A DNA stretch of 64,000 nucleotides from Candidatus Iainarchaeum sp. (GTDB lineage Archaea > B1Sed10-29 > WALL01). The notes under the pieces are model-generated. The model saw nothing but the letters and a program-made list of their open reading frames with translations, ran no database searches and had not been told where the DNA came from. Each line of letters begins with the position of its first letter. Position 1 is the stretch's first letter. The stretch spans positions 1-64,000 of the forward strand of contig JAGMCR010000009.1 of NCBI GenBank assembly GCA_023129115.1, in the 5' to 3' direction. The translations under genes and the position numbers were made by a program. This document shows positions 17,758 through 28,538 of this stretch, piece by piece.

Positions 17758-18448
17758 CATTCTGCTGATGGCGATGGCTTGCGCGGCGTCATTGGACGTC
17801 CAGGGCAGGCACGTCTTTGAGGGAGAGGAATTCGCTGTGGTGTACTCCGCGAGCGCGCCAATCTCGCAGCACGAGGTATCGATTGCGTTCGCGGACCAGA
17901 CGCGTACCATCACCCTGCCCACGGCGCCGACCGGGACTTACTCCAACACGATTACGTTCACGGCGCCGCAGAAGGGAACGTACGAAGTCGTGTCCGGCGA
18001 GGCCAAAGCGGTTGTGGAAGTGGAGCCCGCGCTGCTCGTGCTCGAGGACGTGAGGATTAGCCCGGAGTCCGTGTCGCCGGGCGAGGCGGCGAGGCTGGGG
18101 TACACGGTGCGGAATGATGGGGACATGGCGGTCTACAACGTGAAGAGCCGCGTCGGCCTCTCGTCGGACAGGTTCGACTACAACGCTGACGAGCAGGAGC
18201 TCTTCAGCACGATGGCGCCCGGCGAGCAAATAGGGCAGGTCAAGGAAATCCGCGCGAGGCAAAACGCCGGGGGCGAGGCCAGGATACAGGTCGTCGTGAG
18301 CTATGAGTACGACGGCGAAACGCACACGCGGGAAGAGTGGGCAACGCTCAGCGTATCCTCAATGGACTTGGGAATGATTGTGGCCGGGGTGCTGGTCGTG
18401 GTTGCAGCCTTCCTCGTTTTCTCAAAGTCAAAGAAGGCCGGCGAGTGA
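17729..18448 (+). CDS. Surface protein with Ig-like/CARDB domain and C-terminal TM
   Basis: Signal peptide; PGE..L.YTVRNDG..YNV motif; C-terminal TM plus KSKK. Confidence 0.8.
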   Translation: MKANMFLIGSILLMAMACAASLDVQGRHVFEGEEFAVVYSASAPISQHEVSIAFADQTRTITLPTAPTGTYSNTITFTAPQKGTYEVVSGEAKAVVEVEPALLVLEDVRISPESVSPGEAARLGYTVRNDGDMAVYNVKSRVGLSSDRFDYNADEQELFSTMAPGEQIGQVKEIRARQNAGGEARIQVVVSYEYDGETHTREEWATLSVSSMDLGMIVAGVLVVVAAFLVFSKSKKAGE

Positions 18449-19003
18449 GCCGTCGCACGACGGGCTGCTGAGGTCTGCCTTCCCGTCCGACAGGGGGTAG
18501 AGGCAGTTCATGGTCAGCCCAGGTTTGATTGCCGGGTTTGAGGACTCAAGTGCCTTGACGAAGACCTGGCAGTAAGTGCCCTGGTTGGTTATTTCGTAGG
18601 AGTAGGCCATGCCGCGGTAAGAGCTTTTGTGCCTGCCCTCCACGCAGTCAATCGTCTTTTGGACGCAGAACGTGTCGTCGCCGCAGTCCTGCTCGCCCGA
18701 GAGCGCGAAGGCAGCGAAGGAGGCGGCCGCGATGAGGACGAGCACGGCGACGAAGGCCAAGAAGATTAGGGGGAAGTTTATTTTTTTCTTGGGCTTGGCG
18801 TAAACAATGGCTTCGGCGCGAGAAACGATTTTTTCGGTGTCCTGGAAGCTGTAGCCCTGGCCCCGGAGGAGGGACTTTATGGTGCCCCGCTTCTTGCCGG
18901 TGCGCAGGAGCTCGGCGGCATTGTCGATTGCCGCGTCATTGATTTCCTTTTTTGATGACTCTTCGACCTCGCCGAACTTGCTGAGGTCCACTACCTCGCC
19001 CAT
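18428..19003 (-). CDS. Single-pass membrane protein with Cys-rich external domain
   Basis: Central TM; six Cys after the TM. Confidence 0.8.
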   Translation of the reverse strand: MGEVVDLSKFGEVEESSKKEINDAAIDNAAELLRTGKKRGTIKSLLRGQGYSFQDTEKIVSRAEAIVYAKPKKKINFPLIFLAFVAVLVLIAAASFAAFALSGEQDCGDDTFCVQKTIDCVEGRHKSSYRGMAYSYEITNQGTYCQVFVKALESSNPAIKPGLTMNCLYPLSDGKADLSSPSCDGSLAGLL

Positions 19004-19036
19004 AGGGTCACAGATAGGCGGAAGGAGTTTATAAAA

Positions 19037-20131
19037 TCAGCGCTTCAGGTGGAGCTCCAGCACGTCGCTGTCGAGGAGCAGGTGGTTCGCGCCGACGGTT
19101 TGCCCGTCGAACCTCGCGCTCTTGCCCCAGACCTTGGCGTACTGGAAGCGCGTTGCCCACTCCCTGCGGATTTTTCTGCAGGCGCCGAGGACGGTGTGGT
19201 TCTTCTTGAGGATGAGTGGCTCGTCATAGTCAGGCGCGGCACCGATTCTTTTCATGTAGACGCGGATTATGCCAAGGCGCTTGAGTATTTCCTCTCGGAG
19301 GGCACCAAGATTTTCAGCCGTCTCGGCCGAGATGGGGAGGGAGCCGGCGGCCTCCTTCTGCAGTGCCGCGATTTCTTTCTTGCCGAGTGAATCGATTTTG
19401 TTGATGACGACCAGGGCCGGGACGTACTTCCGGTTGCCGGTGATTGCGTCGATGAGCTGGTCGACTGTGACGTCCTGCCGCATGACCACGTCCGCGTTGT
19501 GGATGCCGTACTCGTGGAAGATGTCCTTGGCGAACTTCTCGGTCAAGTGGGTGAGCTTGCACGACGCGACAAAGTGCACTCCCCCGCTGATTTTTTTCCT
19601 TATCGTGACGTTGGGGGGGCGCCCGTTGAGGCGGAGGTTCGCGGTGTAGAGCTCGTCAAAAATCACTTTGAGCTGGCCCGGCTTGTCAATCATGGCGAGC
19701 ACCAGGTCCGCGTTGCGGACCACGCTAAGGATTTCCCTGCCGCGGCCCTTGCCCTCGGACGCGCCGCTGATGATTCCGGGCACGTCAAGGAGCTGGATTT
19801 TTGCGCCCTTGTACTGCATGAGGCCGGGGATTACGTTAATGGTGGTGAACTCGTAGGCAGCGACCTTGGACTCGGCGTTCGTCAATTGGTTGAGGAGGGT
19901 GCTTTTGCCGACTGATGGGAAGCCGACGAAGAGCACGGTCGCGTCGCCGGTTTTTCTGACGGCGTATGACGGGCCGGAGTGGCTCGACTTCTTGGCGGCG
20001 ACTTCCTGGCCCGCCTTGAGCTTCGCTATCTTTGCCTTGACCAAGCCGATGTGGTGCTGCGTGCGCTTGTTGTACTTGGTCTTCTGCAGCTCTTCCTCGA
20101 GCTCCGCGATTTTTTCTGCTATTGTACCCAT
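19037..20131 (-). CDS. drg: DRG/Rbg1-family OBG GTPase with TGS domain
   Basis: GFPSVGKSTL, YEFTT, DVPG, NKID; C-terminal TGS. Confidence 0.95.
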   Translation of the reverse strand: MGTIAEKIAELEEELQKTKYNKRTQHHIGLVKAKIAKLKAGQEVAAKKSSHSGPSYAVRKTGDATVLFVGFPSVGKSTLLNQLTNAESKVAAYEFTTINVIPGLMQYKGAKIQLLDVPGIISGASEGKGRGREILSVVRNADLVLAMIDKPGQLKVIFDELYTANLRLNGRPPNVTIRKKISGGVHFVASCKLTHLTEKFAKDIFHEYGIHNADVVMRQDVTVDQLIDAITGNRKYVPALVVINKIDSLGKKEIAALQKEAAGSLPISAETAENLGALREEILKRLGIIRVYMKRIGAAPDYDEPLILKKNHTVLGACRKIRREWATRFQYAKVWGKSARFDGQTVGANHLLLDSDVLELHLKR

Positions 20132-20631
20132 GCCCTGAACACCACTAGTTCCTCGGTCATTATTGACGTCGAAGAGACTATTTCGTGCCTGTAGCCCAGT
20201 TGCGAGAGCAGTTGCTTCGTCTTTTCAATGCTCGTGATTGAGCTCTGGACGAAGAGTATTTGCCCGCCCGGGGTTAAATAATGTTTTGCCTCTGCGAGGA
20301 AGCGGGTGAGCAGCTCAATGCCTGTGGGGCCGCCGTCCAGCGCTGGGTCCCGGGGCTCGGCGTCCGGCAGGTAGGGGGGGTTGAAGACTATGGTGTCGAA
20401 CCTTCCGGTGATGTCTTCGAAGAGGTCGGACTGGATTGCGTTGACTCCCTGGGCTTTGGCTGCGGCGACTGCCTCGGGGTCGATGTCACAGGCGAGGGTT
20501 GGGAGGCCCTTGGACAGGGCGGCCTTGGCCTGGATGCCGCTCCCGGTGCCGACGTCAAGGACTCGGCCGTGGGCGTGTCGCTTGACTGCTTGCTTGAGGA
20601 GGAGCGAGTCCTCCCTTGGCTCGTACACCAT
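20119..20631 (-). CDS. HemK2/PrmC-like release-factor glutamine methyltransferase
   Basis: VYEPREDS, DVGTGSG, NPPY, DGG..G. Confidence 0.9.
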   Translation of the reverse strand: MVYEPREDSLLLKQAVKRHAHGRVLDVGTGSGIQAKAALSKGLPTLACDIDPEAVAAAKAQGVNAIQSDLFEDITGRFDTIVFNPPYLPDAEPRDPALDGGPTGIELLTRFLAEAKHYLTPGGQILFVQSSITSIEKTKQLLSQLGYRHEIVSSTSIMTEELVVFRAWVQ

Positions 20632-20632
20632 G

Positions 20633-21370
20633 CTAAAACGGGAGGGCGCCGAAGGCCATCGTGCCGACGAGCGTCGCGAGGATGGCGGAGAAGACCACCA
20701 GCACTATGACCGCGCCGAGGGAGAGCACGAGTGACGGCAGCACGACAGAGGCGCCGGCCCTCATCAGGTCGAACTGGTGCACCTCGGACGTCACGGCTAT
20801 CTGAAGCCAGAGGATATACAACCAGAGCAGGAGAAGGACAATTGCCTCTATCCAGAGTAGGACGACTGCGAGGATTGAGACCAGCGGCATCAGCACCGAG
20901 GCCAGGAGGGTGAGCAGCCCTATAATGAGTGAGGACAGGATGAAGCAGAGCGTGAGGGGGTAGGCCATCACGCCGAAGTGGGTGCCGTAGTCGGCCTGGC
21001 CGCCCAACAGCTTCGCGGTCCCCCAAATCAGGCCGTACCAGACAATCAAGATGATGATGAGTGCGATTATGGCCGGGAGGAAGACGATGACGTAGATGAT
21101 TACCCCGAGAATCGATTCAATGGCTGCAGTGATTAGGTCTGCTGTCGTGCCACTCACGAAGAGGTTGACGAGCGAGCCCAGGAGCTTGCCAATCGCCATG
21201 AGCATTACGCCGATTAAGCCAGCGATGAACCCAAAAAGCGTCACCAGCTTGACGCCTGAGCCTAGGTTTGCCTTGCGGACGACCCGGCGCGCGCCCATCC
21301 GCGGCCGGAAAAGAAGCATCCTGAAGTCGTTAAATTTTTCGTTGAAGTATTGAACCACACCCATGCGCAT
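20633..21370 (-). CDS. Yip1-like multi-pass membrane protein
   Basis: About 5 TM helices; P near N-terminus; AKLLGGQ motif. Confidence 0.7.
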   Translation of the reverse strand: MRMGVVQYFNEKFNDFRMLLFRPRMGARRVVRKANLGSGVKLVTLFGFIAGLIGVMLMAIGKLLGSLVNLFVSGTTADLITAAIESILGVIIYVIVFLPAIIALIIILIVWYGLIWGTAKLLGGQADYGTHFGVMAYPLTLCFILSSLIIGLLTLLASVLMPLVSILAVVLLWIEAIVLLLLWLYILWLQIAVTSEVHQFDLMRAGASVVLPSLVLSLGAVIVLVVFSAILATLVGTMAFGALPF

Positions 21371-21379
21371 CTCCAGTAT

Positions 21380-21982
21380 CTATTTTTGTGCAATGGCGTT
21401 TAAAACCTTTTCGTGGTCTGAGCCCTCGCGGAGAATCTCAGGGGTGTCCCGGAGGTCGAGGACGGTCGACGATGCGCCGGCTATTTCTCCGGCGTCGATG
21501 TAGAGCTCGACCAGGTCGCCGAAGTAGCGGTATGCTTCTTCTGCTGTGGTCGCGGCCTCTTCGCCCGCCGGGTTGGCCGAAGTGGCGGTGATTGGCTTGT
21601 TGAACGACTCAACTATCTCGGCGGCGAGGGGGTTCAGCGGCAGGCGGAAGCCAATGCCGCTTGGGGAGAGGTTCTTCGCGAAGCCCCTGCCCTCGAGGAC
21701 AACCGTGACCTTGCCGGGGAGGAGCTGCTTGAGGATGGCCTCCTGCTCGGGAGTCACTTCGGCGTAGGCCTTTAGCATCCTGAAGCTCGAGACCATAACG
21801 CTTATGGGCTGCTCGGGGTCGCGCTTTTTCAGGGTGAATATTTGCCGGACGCAGTCGTGGCGCGTCGCGTCCGCGCCGATGGCGTAGAGCGTGTCTGTTG
21901 GGTATACAGCCATCATTCCCCCGTCTAGCACGGAGACTGCGCGCTCGACTATGCCGGGTGAGTCCGCCTTGAGTATTGCCAT
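21380..21982 (-). CDS. sua5: L-threonylcarbamoyladenylate synthase (Sua5/TsaC, single domain)
   Basis: YPTDTLYAIG, K.R...P, TATSAN, SSTVLD. Confidence 0.93.
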   Translation of the reverse strand: MAILKADSPGIVERAVSVLDGGMMAVYPTDTLYAIGADATRHDCVRQIFTLKKRDPEQPISVMVSSFRMLKAYAEVTPEQEAILKQLLPGKVTVVLEGRGFAKNLSPSGIGFRLPLNPLAAEIVESFNKPITATSANPAGEEAATTAEEAYRYFGDLVELYIDAGEIAGASSTVLDLRDTPEILREGSDHEKVLNAIAQK

Positions 21983-21995
21983 TCCGATTCTCCCC

Positions 21996-22649
21996 TTATT
22001 GCCTGCCGGGCCTGCCGGTGAAATAGATGCCGACGGCCACTGATATTATGGCAAAAGTGATTAGCCCGAGGCTTTGGAGCAGGAGGATGACGCCCTGGTT
22101 CAGGTCCGTGAAGTCGAGGGAGATTACCTGGGGCGCTATTGAGATGAGGACGTAGAGGATTACAGCGATGCCGAAGAAGAGGAAGAACATGGACGCGATG
22201 AGCCTCCACTGGCTCGGCCCGCCGAGGAGTGAGTCAATGTCCAGGCGGTTCAGCTTCTGTGCCTCCGCGAGCCTGAGGTTTTCCTCCCGCATTTTCTTTA
22301 CGGCGAGGGTCATGTCCGTGCTCTTTTCGTTGACGGTCTTGGCGAACTCGCCGAATCTCGTCTCGGACCCGGCGAGCATGTCCTTTTTCACGGACTCCAT
22401 CTTTTTCTCGAGCGCTTTTGCCACCATGGAGTCGATGATGTCCTGGCTCTTCTGTATGCGCTCGGCGATGAACGTGTTCATCTCGCGCTTGAATTTGGAG
22501 TAGACGTCCTTGTCCGCGACCTGCATTATCCTTTTTACCTGGTCGTCGGTGAGGCCCAGCTGCCGCAGGTTGTCAACAATCTTGTCGTCGCTGAAGCCCT
22601 CGGCCCTCATGTCCGCGACTATCTGCAGAATCTTTGGCTTTTCCGCCAT
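21996..22649 (-). CDS. Coiled-coil membrane protein with two C-terminal TMs
   Basis: Start MAEKPK at 22649; helical N-terminus, 2 TM. Confidence 0.75.
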   Translation of the reverse strand: MAEKPKILQIVADMRAEGFSDDKIVDNLRQLGLTDDQVKRIMQVADKDVYSKFKREMNTFIAERIQKSQDIIDSMVAKALEKKMESVKKDMLAGSETRFGEFAKTVNEKSTDMTLAVKKMREENLRLAEAQKLNRLDIDSLLGGPSQWRLIASMFFLFFGIAVILYVLISIAPQVISLDFTDLNQGVILLLQSLGLITFAIISVAVGIYFTGRPGRQ

Positions 22650-22690
22650 AACGCCAACCATTATAAAGCGAGGGTATTTAAAGTTATTCG

Positions 22691-23164
22691 ATGGATTTTG
22701 AGCTGCCGTCACTGCCGAAATCGGTCGTTTTCAACTCCGCGGTACTCGCAGCCATAGCACTTTCCGCCATCATCGCAATCGTTTTGCTGTGGCAGTTCCT
22801 TCCAACTTTTCTGGAAGAAGAAATAATATTGAACCCTGCCGGCGAGCTCAAGGCGAACTTTACTTACCTTAGGGCTGTCTCGCCCGGCGAGGAGTGGCAG
22901 GTCAATGGCACCCTCAGGAACCCCAGCGCCGAGAGGCTGAACAACATAACCATCCGGCTGGTCTCGGACAGCAACATAGAGGGCGCCGAATACTTCATCC
23001 CCTCCATCGGGCCCAAGCAGATGGAAGAGTTCGTTCTGGACGCGAGGATACGGGCGGCCGCGTTCGAGGGCGAGGGGACTGCGCAAGTCGCTGTGAAGGT
23101 CGGCGACGAGCCATCGAAGGCCTACGAGATGCCTATACTCATAACCCGTGAATCAGACGATTGA
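22691..23164 (+). CDS. Membrane-anchored Ig-like (CARDB-like) protein
   Basis: N-terminal TM; PGE..V.GTLRN..L.NI. Confidence 0.7.
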   Translation: MDFELPSLPKSVVFNSAVLAAIALSAIIAIVLLWQFLPTFLEEEIILNPAGELKANFTYLRAVSPGEEWQVNGTLRNPSAERLNNITIRLVSDSNIEGAEYFIPSIGPKQMEEFVLDARIRAAAFEGEGTAQVAVKVGDEPSKAYEMPILITRESDD

Positions 23165-23215
23165 CGAAGATATATACGATAATTATTTAAACATTTCCGT
23201 TCTAAACCCATTCTT

Positions 23216-23896
23216 ATGGATCCTCTTAAGCAACAGATAGCTGGTGAGATAGCCCTTGCCAGGAACCCTGGGGCCACCATAAAGAAGTGGCGGGAAATCT
23301 TCGGGATAACCCAGACCGAGCTTGCGGACTACCTAGGCATAACACCGTCGACCATAAGCGACTACGAGAGCAACAGGCGCAAGAGCCCGGGCATCGGCGT
23401 CATCCGCCGGTTCGTCGACGCGCTCGTCGACATCGACAGCAAGAAGGGCGGCTGGGTGCACAAAAAGCTCGCGGGGGAGAAGAAGCCGGACGTGTTCAGC
23501 GTCGTGGACTTCGAGAAGCCAATCCCGGCGAAGTCTTTCGTTAACGCGATAAGCGGCCGGGTCGTCACGAACAAGCGGAAGCTGGCGGACATCCAGCTCT
23601 CGGGGTACTCACTCGTGGACTCGCTGCGGGCGATACTGGAGCTTCCCGTGGACAACTTCGCGAACATTTACGGCAGGAGCAGCAACCGCGCGGTCGTCTT
23701 CACCCACGTCGGGGTTGGGAGGTCGCCGATGGTCGCAATCCGCGTGACCAACCCAAAGCCGAGCCTCGTCGTCTACCACGGGCTCGACAAGATGGACGAC
23801 CCAATCGCCAAGAAAATCAGCGAGGTCGAGAGAATACCAATAATCCTCACCAACCTAGACATCGACACGATAAAGGAAAAGCTGGGAAGGTTTTAG
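23216..23896 (+). CDS. XRE-HTH transcriptional regulator (type often found before archaeal HMG-CoA synthase)
   Basis: [39 protein letters not shown]; [10 protein letters not shown]. Confidence 0.88.
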   Translation: MDPLKQQIAGEIALARNPGATIKKWREIFGITQTELADYLGITPSTISDYESNRRKSPGIGVIRRFVDALVDIDSKKGGWVHKKLAGEKKPDVFSVVDFEKPIPAKSFVNAISGRVVTNKRKLADIQLSGYSLVDSLRAILELPVDNFANIYGRSSNRAVVFTHVGVGRSPMVAIRVTNPKPSLVVYHGLDKMDDPIAKKISEVERIPIILTNLDIDTIKEKLGRF

Positions 23897-23898
23897 GA

Positions 23899-24927
23899 AT
23901 GGCAGGAATAGTCGGGTACGGGGCATACATCCCCCGCTACAGGATAAAAGTCGAGGAAATCGCGCACGTCTGGGGCAAGGACGCGAGGGCAATCAGCGGA
24001 GGCCTCGGCGTCAAGGAAAAAAGCGTGCCATCGCTCGACGAGGACACTATCACAATTTCTACGCAGGCCGCGCGCAACGCGCTCGAGTACTGCGGCATTG
24101 ACCCGCAAAAAATCGGTGCGGTGTACGTCGGCAGCGAGTCCCACCCATACGCAGTCAAGCCGTCCGCCACCGTGGTCGCCGAGGCAATCGGCGCCACGCC
24201 AGAGCTGATGGCGGCGGACTACGAGTTCGCGTGCAAGGCCGGCACCGCGGCGATGCAGACGTGCATGGCCTTCGTGGACAGCGGCATGGTCGACTACGGG
24301 CTTGCAATCGGCACGGACACAAGCCAGGGCAGGCCAGGCGACCCGCTCGAGTACACCACCGCTGCCGGCGGGGCCGCGTACATAATCGGCAAGAAGGACA
24401 CTGTCGCCGACATCGAGGCGACTTACTCGTTCACCACGGACACCCCGGACTTCTGGAGGCGCGAGGGAGAGCCGTACCCCAGCCACGGCGCGAGGTTCAC
24501 GGGAGAGCCCGGCTACTTCAGGCACGTCCGCGGCGCGACCGAGGGCCTGCTGGAGAAGACGGGTTACAAGTTCGACGACTTCGACTACGTCGTGTTCCAC
24601 CAGCCCAACGGGAAGTTCCCCATGCGCATGGCCAAGAAGTTCGGCATCCCAAAGGAAAAGATCGAGGTGGGCCTCCTGACGCCGATGATAGGGAACACTT
24701 ACTCCGGCTCGACGCCGCTCGGGCTTGCCGCCGTCCTGGACGTGGCAAGGCCAGGGCAGCTGATTCTCGCGACGAGCTTCGGCTCGGGCGCGGGCGGCGA
24801 CTCGTTCGCGATAAAGGTCACGGACAAAATCCACAAGAACCCACGGCCCGTGAAGGACTACGTCGAGCGGAGGAGCTACCTCACCTACGGCGAGTACATC
24901 AAGCACAGGAAGAAAATCAGGATGTGA
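23899..24927 (+). CDS. hmgS: Hydroxymethylglutaryl-CoA synthase
   Basis: [34 protein letters not shown]. Confidence 0.96.
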   Translation: MAGIVGYGAYIPRYRIKVEEIAHVWGKDARAISGGLGVKEKSVPSLDEDTITISTQAARNALEYCGIDPQKIGAVYVGSESHPYAVKPSATVVAEAIGATPELMAADYEFACKAGTAAMQTCMAFVDSGMVDYGLAIGTDTSQGRPGDPLEYTTAAGGAAYIIGKKDTVADIEATYSFTTDTPDFWRREGEPYPSHGARFTGEPGYFRHVRGATEGLLEKTGYKFDDFDYVVFHQPNGKFPMRMAKKFGIPKEKIEVGLLTPMIGNTYSGSTPLGLAAVLDVARPGQLILATSFGSGAGGDSFAIKVTDKIHKNPRPVKDYVERRSYLTYGEYIKHRKKIRM

Positions 24928-24932
24928 TTTCC

Positions 24933-26099
24933 ATGGAAAAAGTTGCAATCATTGGAATGGGCATGACCAAGTTCGGGGAATGCTGGGACAAGGGCTTGAG
25001 GGACTTGATAGCCGAGGCCGGCGCCAAGGCCGTCACCAGCGCCGGAATCGATGGGAAGGACATCCAGGCGATTTACGGCGGCAACATGAGCGCCGGGAGG
25101 TTCATCGGCCAGGAGCACGTTGGGGCACTGATTGCAGACGCAATCGGCCTCAGCCCGATTCCGTCGACCCGCGTGGAGGCGGCGTGCGCGTCCGGGGGCC
25201 TGGCACTAAGGGAGGCATACCTGTCAATCGCTGGGGGGATATACGACGTCGTCGTCGCGGGCGGTGTCGAAAAAATGACTGACGTCTACACAGAGCAGGT
25301 GTCGCTCACGCTCGGCGGCGCGGGCGACCAGGAGTGGGAGGTCTTCCACGGCGCAACGTTCCCGTCGCTCTACGCCATGATGGCCAGGAGGCACATGCAC
25401 GACTACGGCACGACCGAAGAGCAGCTCGCCGCGGTGGCAGTGAAGAACCATTCCAACGGCGCGAAGAACCCGCTCGCGCAGTTCCCGTTCGAAATCACTC
25501 TAGAGCAGGTCATGAAGTCCAGCAAGGTGGCCGAGCCGCTGAAGCTGCTGGACTGCTCGCCAATCACGGACGGCGCGGCCGCCGTGATTCTCGCGAAGGA
25601 AAGCTTTGCCAAGAAGGTTTGCGACAATCCAGTGTGGATAACCGGCAGCGGCCACGCCACGGACACGCTGGCGCTCGACGACAGGCGGAGCATGACCACG
25701 CTCGACGCGACCAAGCTCGCCACCAAGGTGGCGATGAAGCAGGCGGGCATCACGCCAAAGCAGGTCGACCTCGCGGAGGTGCACGACTGCTTTACCATTG
25801 CAGAGATTTGTGCGGTCGAGGACATAGGGTTCGTCAAGAAGGGGGAGGGCGGCAAGGCAGAGGCGGACGGCATGTTCGACCTGAACTCTGATATTCCAGT
25901 GAACACTTCCGGCGGCCTGAAGGCGTGCGGCCACCCTGTGGGCGCGACGGGCATAAAGCAGGCGGTCGAAATCTCGTGGCAGCTCCGCGGCGAGGCGGAC
26001 AAGCGCCAGGTCAAGGACGCGAACATCGGGCTGGCGCACAACGTAGGGGGCTCGGGGGCAACTGCAGTAGTGCACGTGTTCTCGAGGGAGGTGAGGTAG
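24933..26099 (+). CDS. Acetoacetyl-CoA thiolase
   Basis: [27 protein letters not shown]; ATG at 24933. Confidence 0.95.
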   Translation: MEKVAIIGMGMTKFGECWDKGLRDLIAEAGAKAVTSAGIDGKDIQAIYGGNMSAGRFIGQEHVGALIADAIGLSPIPSTRVEAACASGGLALREAYLSIAGGIYDVVVAGGVEKMTDVYTEQVSLTLGGAGDQEWEVFHGATFPSLYAMMARRHMHDYGTTEEQLAAVAVKNHSNGAKNPLAQFPFEITLEQVMKSSKVAEPLKLLDCSPITDGAAAVILAKESFAKKVCDNPVWITGSGHATDTLALDDRRSMTTLDATKLATKVAMKQAGITPKQVDLAEVHDCFTIAEICAVEDIGFVKKGEGGKAEADGMFDLNSDIPVNTSGGLKACGHPVGATGIKQAVEISWQLRGEADKRQVKDANIGLAHNVGGSGATAVVHVFSREVR

Positions 26100-26519
26100 A
26101 TGCCGCACCGGAAGAGCCTTGCATCGGTATGGAGGCGCATCCCGCAGAGGTACCGCATGGAGAGCACAATGTGCGAGACGTGCGGGACCTATTTCTTCCC
26201 GCCGAGGAATTTCTGCCCGACCTGCAGGCGCAAGAGCAAGATAAAGCATTATGCCGCCAAGGGCACGGGGAAGGTTTATTCCTATACAGTAATCCATGTG
26301 CCGCAGGAGGGGTTCGAGCTGGAAATCCCTTACGTGCTGGCAGTGGTCGAGCTGGACGAGGGGGCAAAGCTGACTGCACAATTGTGCGACGTCGACCTCG
26401 AGGACCTGAAGATTGGGATGCCGGTCGAGGTCACGTTCAGGAGAATCAGTGAGGGCAAGGGCGGCGGCATAATCCATTATGCGTACAAGTTCACGCCTAT
26501 AAGCGGACAGAATAAGTGA
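26100..26519 (+). CDS. DUF35 Zn-ribbon/OB-fold scaffold protein
   Basis: C..CG..FPPR..CP.C; HMGCS-thiolase-DUF35 cluster. Confidence 0.93.
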   Translation: MPHRKSLASVWRRIPQRYRMESTMCETCGTYFFPPRNFCPTCRRKSKIKHYAAKGTGKVYSYTVIHVPQEGFELEIPYVLAVVELDEGAKLTAQLCDVDLEDLKIGMPVEVTFRRISEGKGGGIIHYAYKFTPISGQNK

Positions 26520-27204
26520 CGGAATACCTCTTTTTGCCTGTCTCCTTGTCGACGCCCTTCAGGGTATAAGACTCCTTAACTGTTGGGCGGTAGGTCGCCT
26601 GCAGGTGCTGCAGCGCGACTTTGGCGGCGCGGGCCGAGCCGAAGTAGACGTCGACTCCGTTCTTGACCATTTCGTACCTGAAGATTTCGGCCTTGCGGTC
26701 TTTTTTTACCATGGCGCGGGCCTCGTTGCGCAGGAACATGAGCGCGGAGCGCATGCGCTGTAGGTCGATTTCCCTGCCCGCGGGCCTGAGCTGCAGGATT
26801 GCCTCGTAGTAGTTGCCGCTCTTGCGCGAGCAGACGTCGCACGTCTGCTTCTCGTACTTCACCGTGACGAGCTGGGTGAGCGACACGGGCTCAGCTCCGA
26901 GCGCGCCCTTCACGGTCACTTCGTACACTTCCTTTTTTTCGCCGGGCTCGACGAGCTCGACCGTGACCTCGGGCGACTCGAGCGAGGTCTTGACGTGGGC
27001 GCGCACGATTTCGCCCATGGACGCCGGCGCCCCACTCTCCCAAACGCCCCGCGTCTTGACGCGCAGGCAGTGGGTGCACCGCTTGATTGTAATGTCCTCT
27101 GTCTCGGCGAGGCCGGGGTGGTCCTTGAGGTAGCAGTCGATGCAGAACCCGCCGTGGAAGGGCCTGTCCGTTGCACCGCACTTGGGGCAGAACTTTCCCT
27201 TCAC
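26497..27204 (-). CDS. nmd3: NMD3-family ribosome biogenesis protein
   Basis: FCPKCG..C..C, C..C, CDVCSR..GNYYEAILQLR; GTG start at 27204. Confidence 0.9.
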   Translation of the reverse strand: MKGKFCPKCGATDRPFHGGFCIDCYLKDHPGLAETEDITIKRCTHCLRVKTRGVWESGAPASMGEIVRAHVKTSLESPEVTVELVEPGEKKEVYEVTVKGALGAEPVSLTQLVTVKYEKQTCDVCSRKSGNYYEAILQLRPAGREIDLQRMRSALMFLRNEARAMVKKDRKAEIFRYEMVKNGVDVYFGSARAAKVALQHLQATYRPTVKESYTLKGVDKETGKKRYSVTYSVRL

Positions 27205-28484
27205 AGGTAGTCCTCCAGCTTGTACTTTTCGCCGAGCTTTGGCGCGAAGGCGTAGCAGCCGAGCTCGCCCTCGGCCCACTGGCGCAGCAGCTCGCACTGC
27301 TCTTCCTCGCCGTGGTTCACAAACACGACGGAGGGGCTCGCCTTTTTCAGCATCTTGTGCAGGCCATCCTTCCCCGCGTGCGCCGAGAAGTCGAAGTGCC
27401 GGACGTCCAGCCCAGAGCAGTCTGCCGAGACCCTTTCTGTCTCGAACCTTTTTTCCTCGAGGAGCTGGCGGCCGGGAGTGCCGGGCACCTGGAATCCCGT
27501 GAAGAAGACCGCGGACCTGTCGACGTCTCTTATGTCCTGGACGTAGCGCACGGCCGGCCCGCCGGAGAGCATGCCAGCGGTCGAGACGATTACGGAGGGC
27601 TCGTTGAAGACGTCGTTGCGCTGTGGCGGCGCGACAATCCAGTTCACCCACTTCATGGCGTTGTAGAACTGCTCGTAGTCCTTCAGGAGCTCGGGGAAGT
27701 CGAGGTAGATTTCGGTGACCGCCCTCGACATGCCGTCCATGTAGACCGGCACGTCAAGCTTGTGGGCATAAAGCATCGTGATTATTTCCTGGGTTCGGCC
27801 GACGGCAAAGCACGGCAGGAGGACGGAGCCGCCGTTGTCGGTGACGCCCTTGATTGCCTCCAGAAACTCGTCTTCCAGCTGCTTGCGCGGCGGGTGGTCG
27901 CGGTCGCCGTACGTGGCCTCGATGATTAGTGCGTCTGCGTTTTTTGGCAGGTCGGCGCCCTTGTGCAGGCAAGTGTCCTCGGTCTTGAAGTCGCCGCTGT
28001 AAACGATTGTGCGGCCCTCGGCCTCGGCCTCGACTATTGCGGCGCCGAGTATGTGGCCAGCGTCCCTCGGGGTGACGGACACGTCGGAAGTGGCGTGGTA
28101 GGTCTTGCCGTAGCTCATGCCGTCCGTGTTCCGGAGCATGCGCTTGAACTGGGGCTTGCGGAAACAGCGTGTCTTGTTGCTGGCGGCGATTTTCATGGAG
28201 TCCTGGAGCAGTAGCTGCACTATGGGGACGGACGCGGTGTGCGTCAGGACCTGTGGCTCGCCGGCCTGGAAGAGGAACGGGAGTGCGCCGCTGTGGTCGA
28301 GGTGCGCGTGCGACAGCACGGCCGCGTCAAGGAAGCCATGGACCGGGAGGGGGAACTGTGGCTCGCGGTTTTCCTCGTCGCTCATCTTCATTCCGTAGTC
28401 AAAAACGACTTTGCTCTTGTTGGTCTCGAGCAGTACCGCGCTCCTCCCAACTTCACGCGCGGCGCCCAAAAATGACAGCTGCAT
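27201..28484 (-). CDS. beta-CASP metallo-beta-lactamase ribonuclease (aCPSF2-like)
   Basis: LGAAREVGRS, SHAHLDH, AGHILG, FSAHA, HGE. Confidence 0.92.
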   Translation of the reverse strand: MQLSFLGAAREVGRSAVLLETNKSKVVFDYGMKMSDEENREPQFPLPVHGFLDAAVLSHAHLDHSGALPFLFQAGEPQVLTHTASVPIVQLLLQDSMKIAASNKTRCFRKPQFKRMLRNTDGMSYGKTYHATSDVSVTPRDAGHILGAAIVEAEAEGRTIVYSGDFKTEDTCLHKGADLPKNADALIIEATYGDRDHPPRKQLEDEFLEAIKGVTDNGGSVLLPCFAVGRTQEIITMLYAHKLDVPVYMDGMSRAVTEIYLDFPELLKDYEQFYNAMKWVNWIVAPPQRNDVFNEPSVIVSTAGMLSGGPAVRYVQDIRDVDRSAVFFTGFQVPGTPGRQLLEEKRFETERVSADCSGLDVRHFDFSAHAGKDGLHKMLKKASPSVVFVNHGEEEQCELLRQWAEGELGCYAFAPKLGEKYKLEDYL

Positions 28485-28538
28485 TGCGCTAGTTAAACCC
28501 GGGAAGATTTATAAAGCTACGGTGCCTCTTACGCTACA

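Noticed and set aside
24231-27651. Long N-terminal extensions on thiolase (24231) and NMD3 (27651); likewise SBDS (37617), PdxS (45779) and L37Ae (34510)
   Set aside because: These are GC-rich stop-poor shadow frames overlapping real neighbours; conserved starts lie downstream.
7260-28529. TGCCTCT motif at 7260, 16305 and 28523
   Set aside because: A 7-mer expected by chance and partly explained as reverse-strand SD (AGAGG); only the 14-bp 13070/59519 match was retained.
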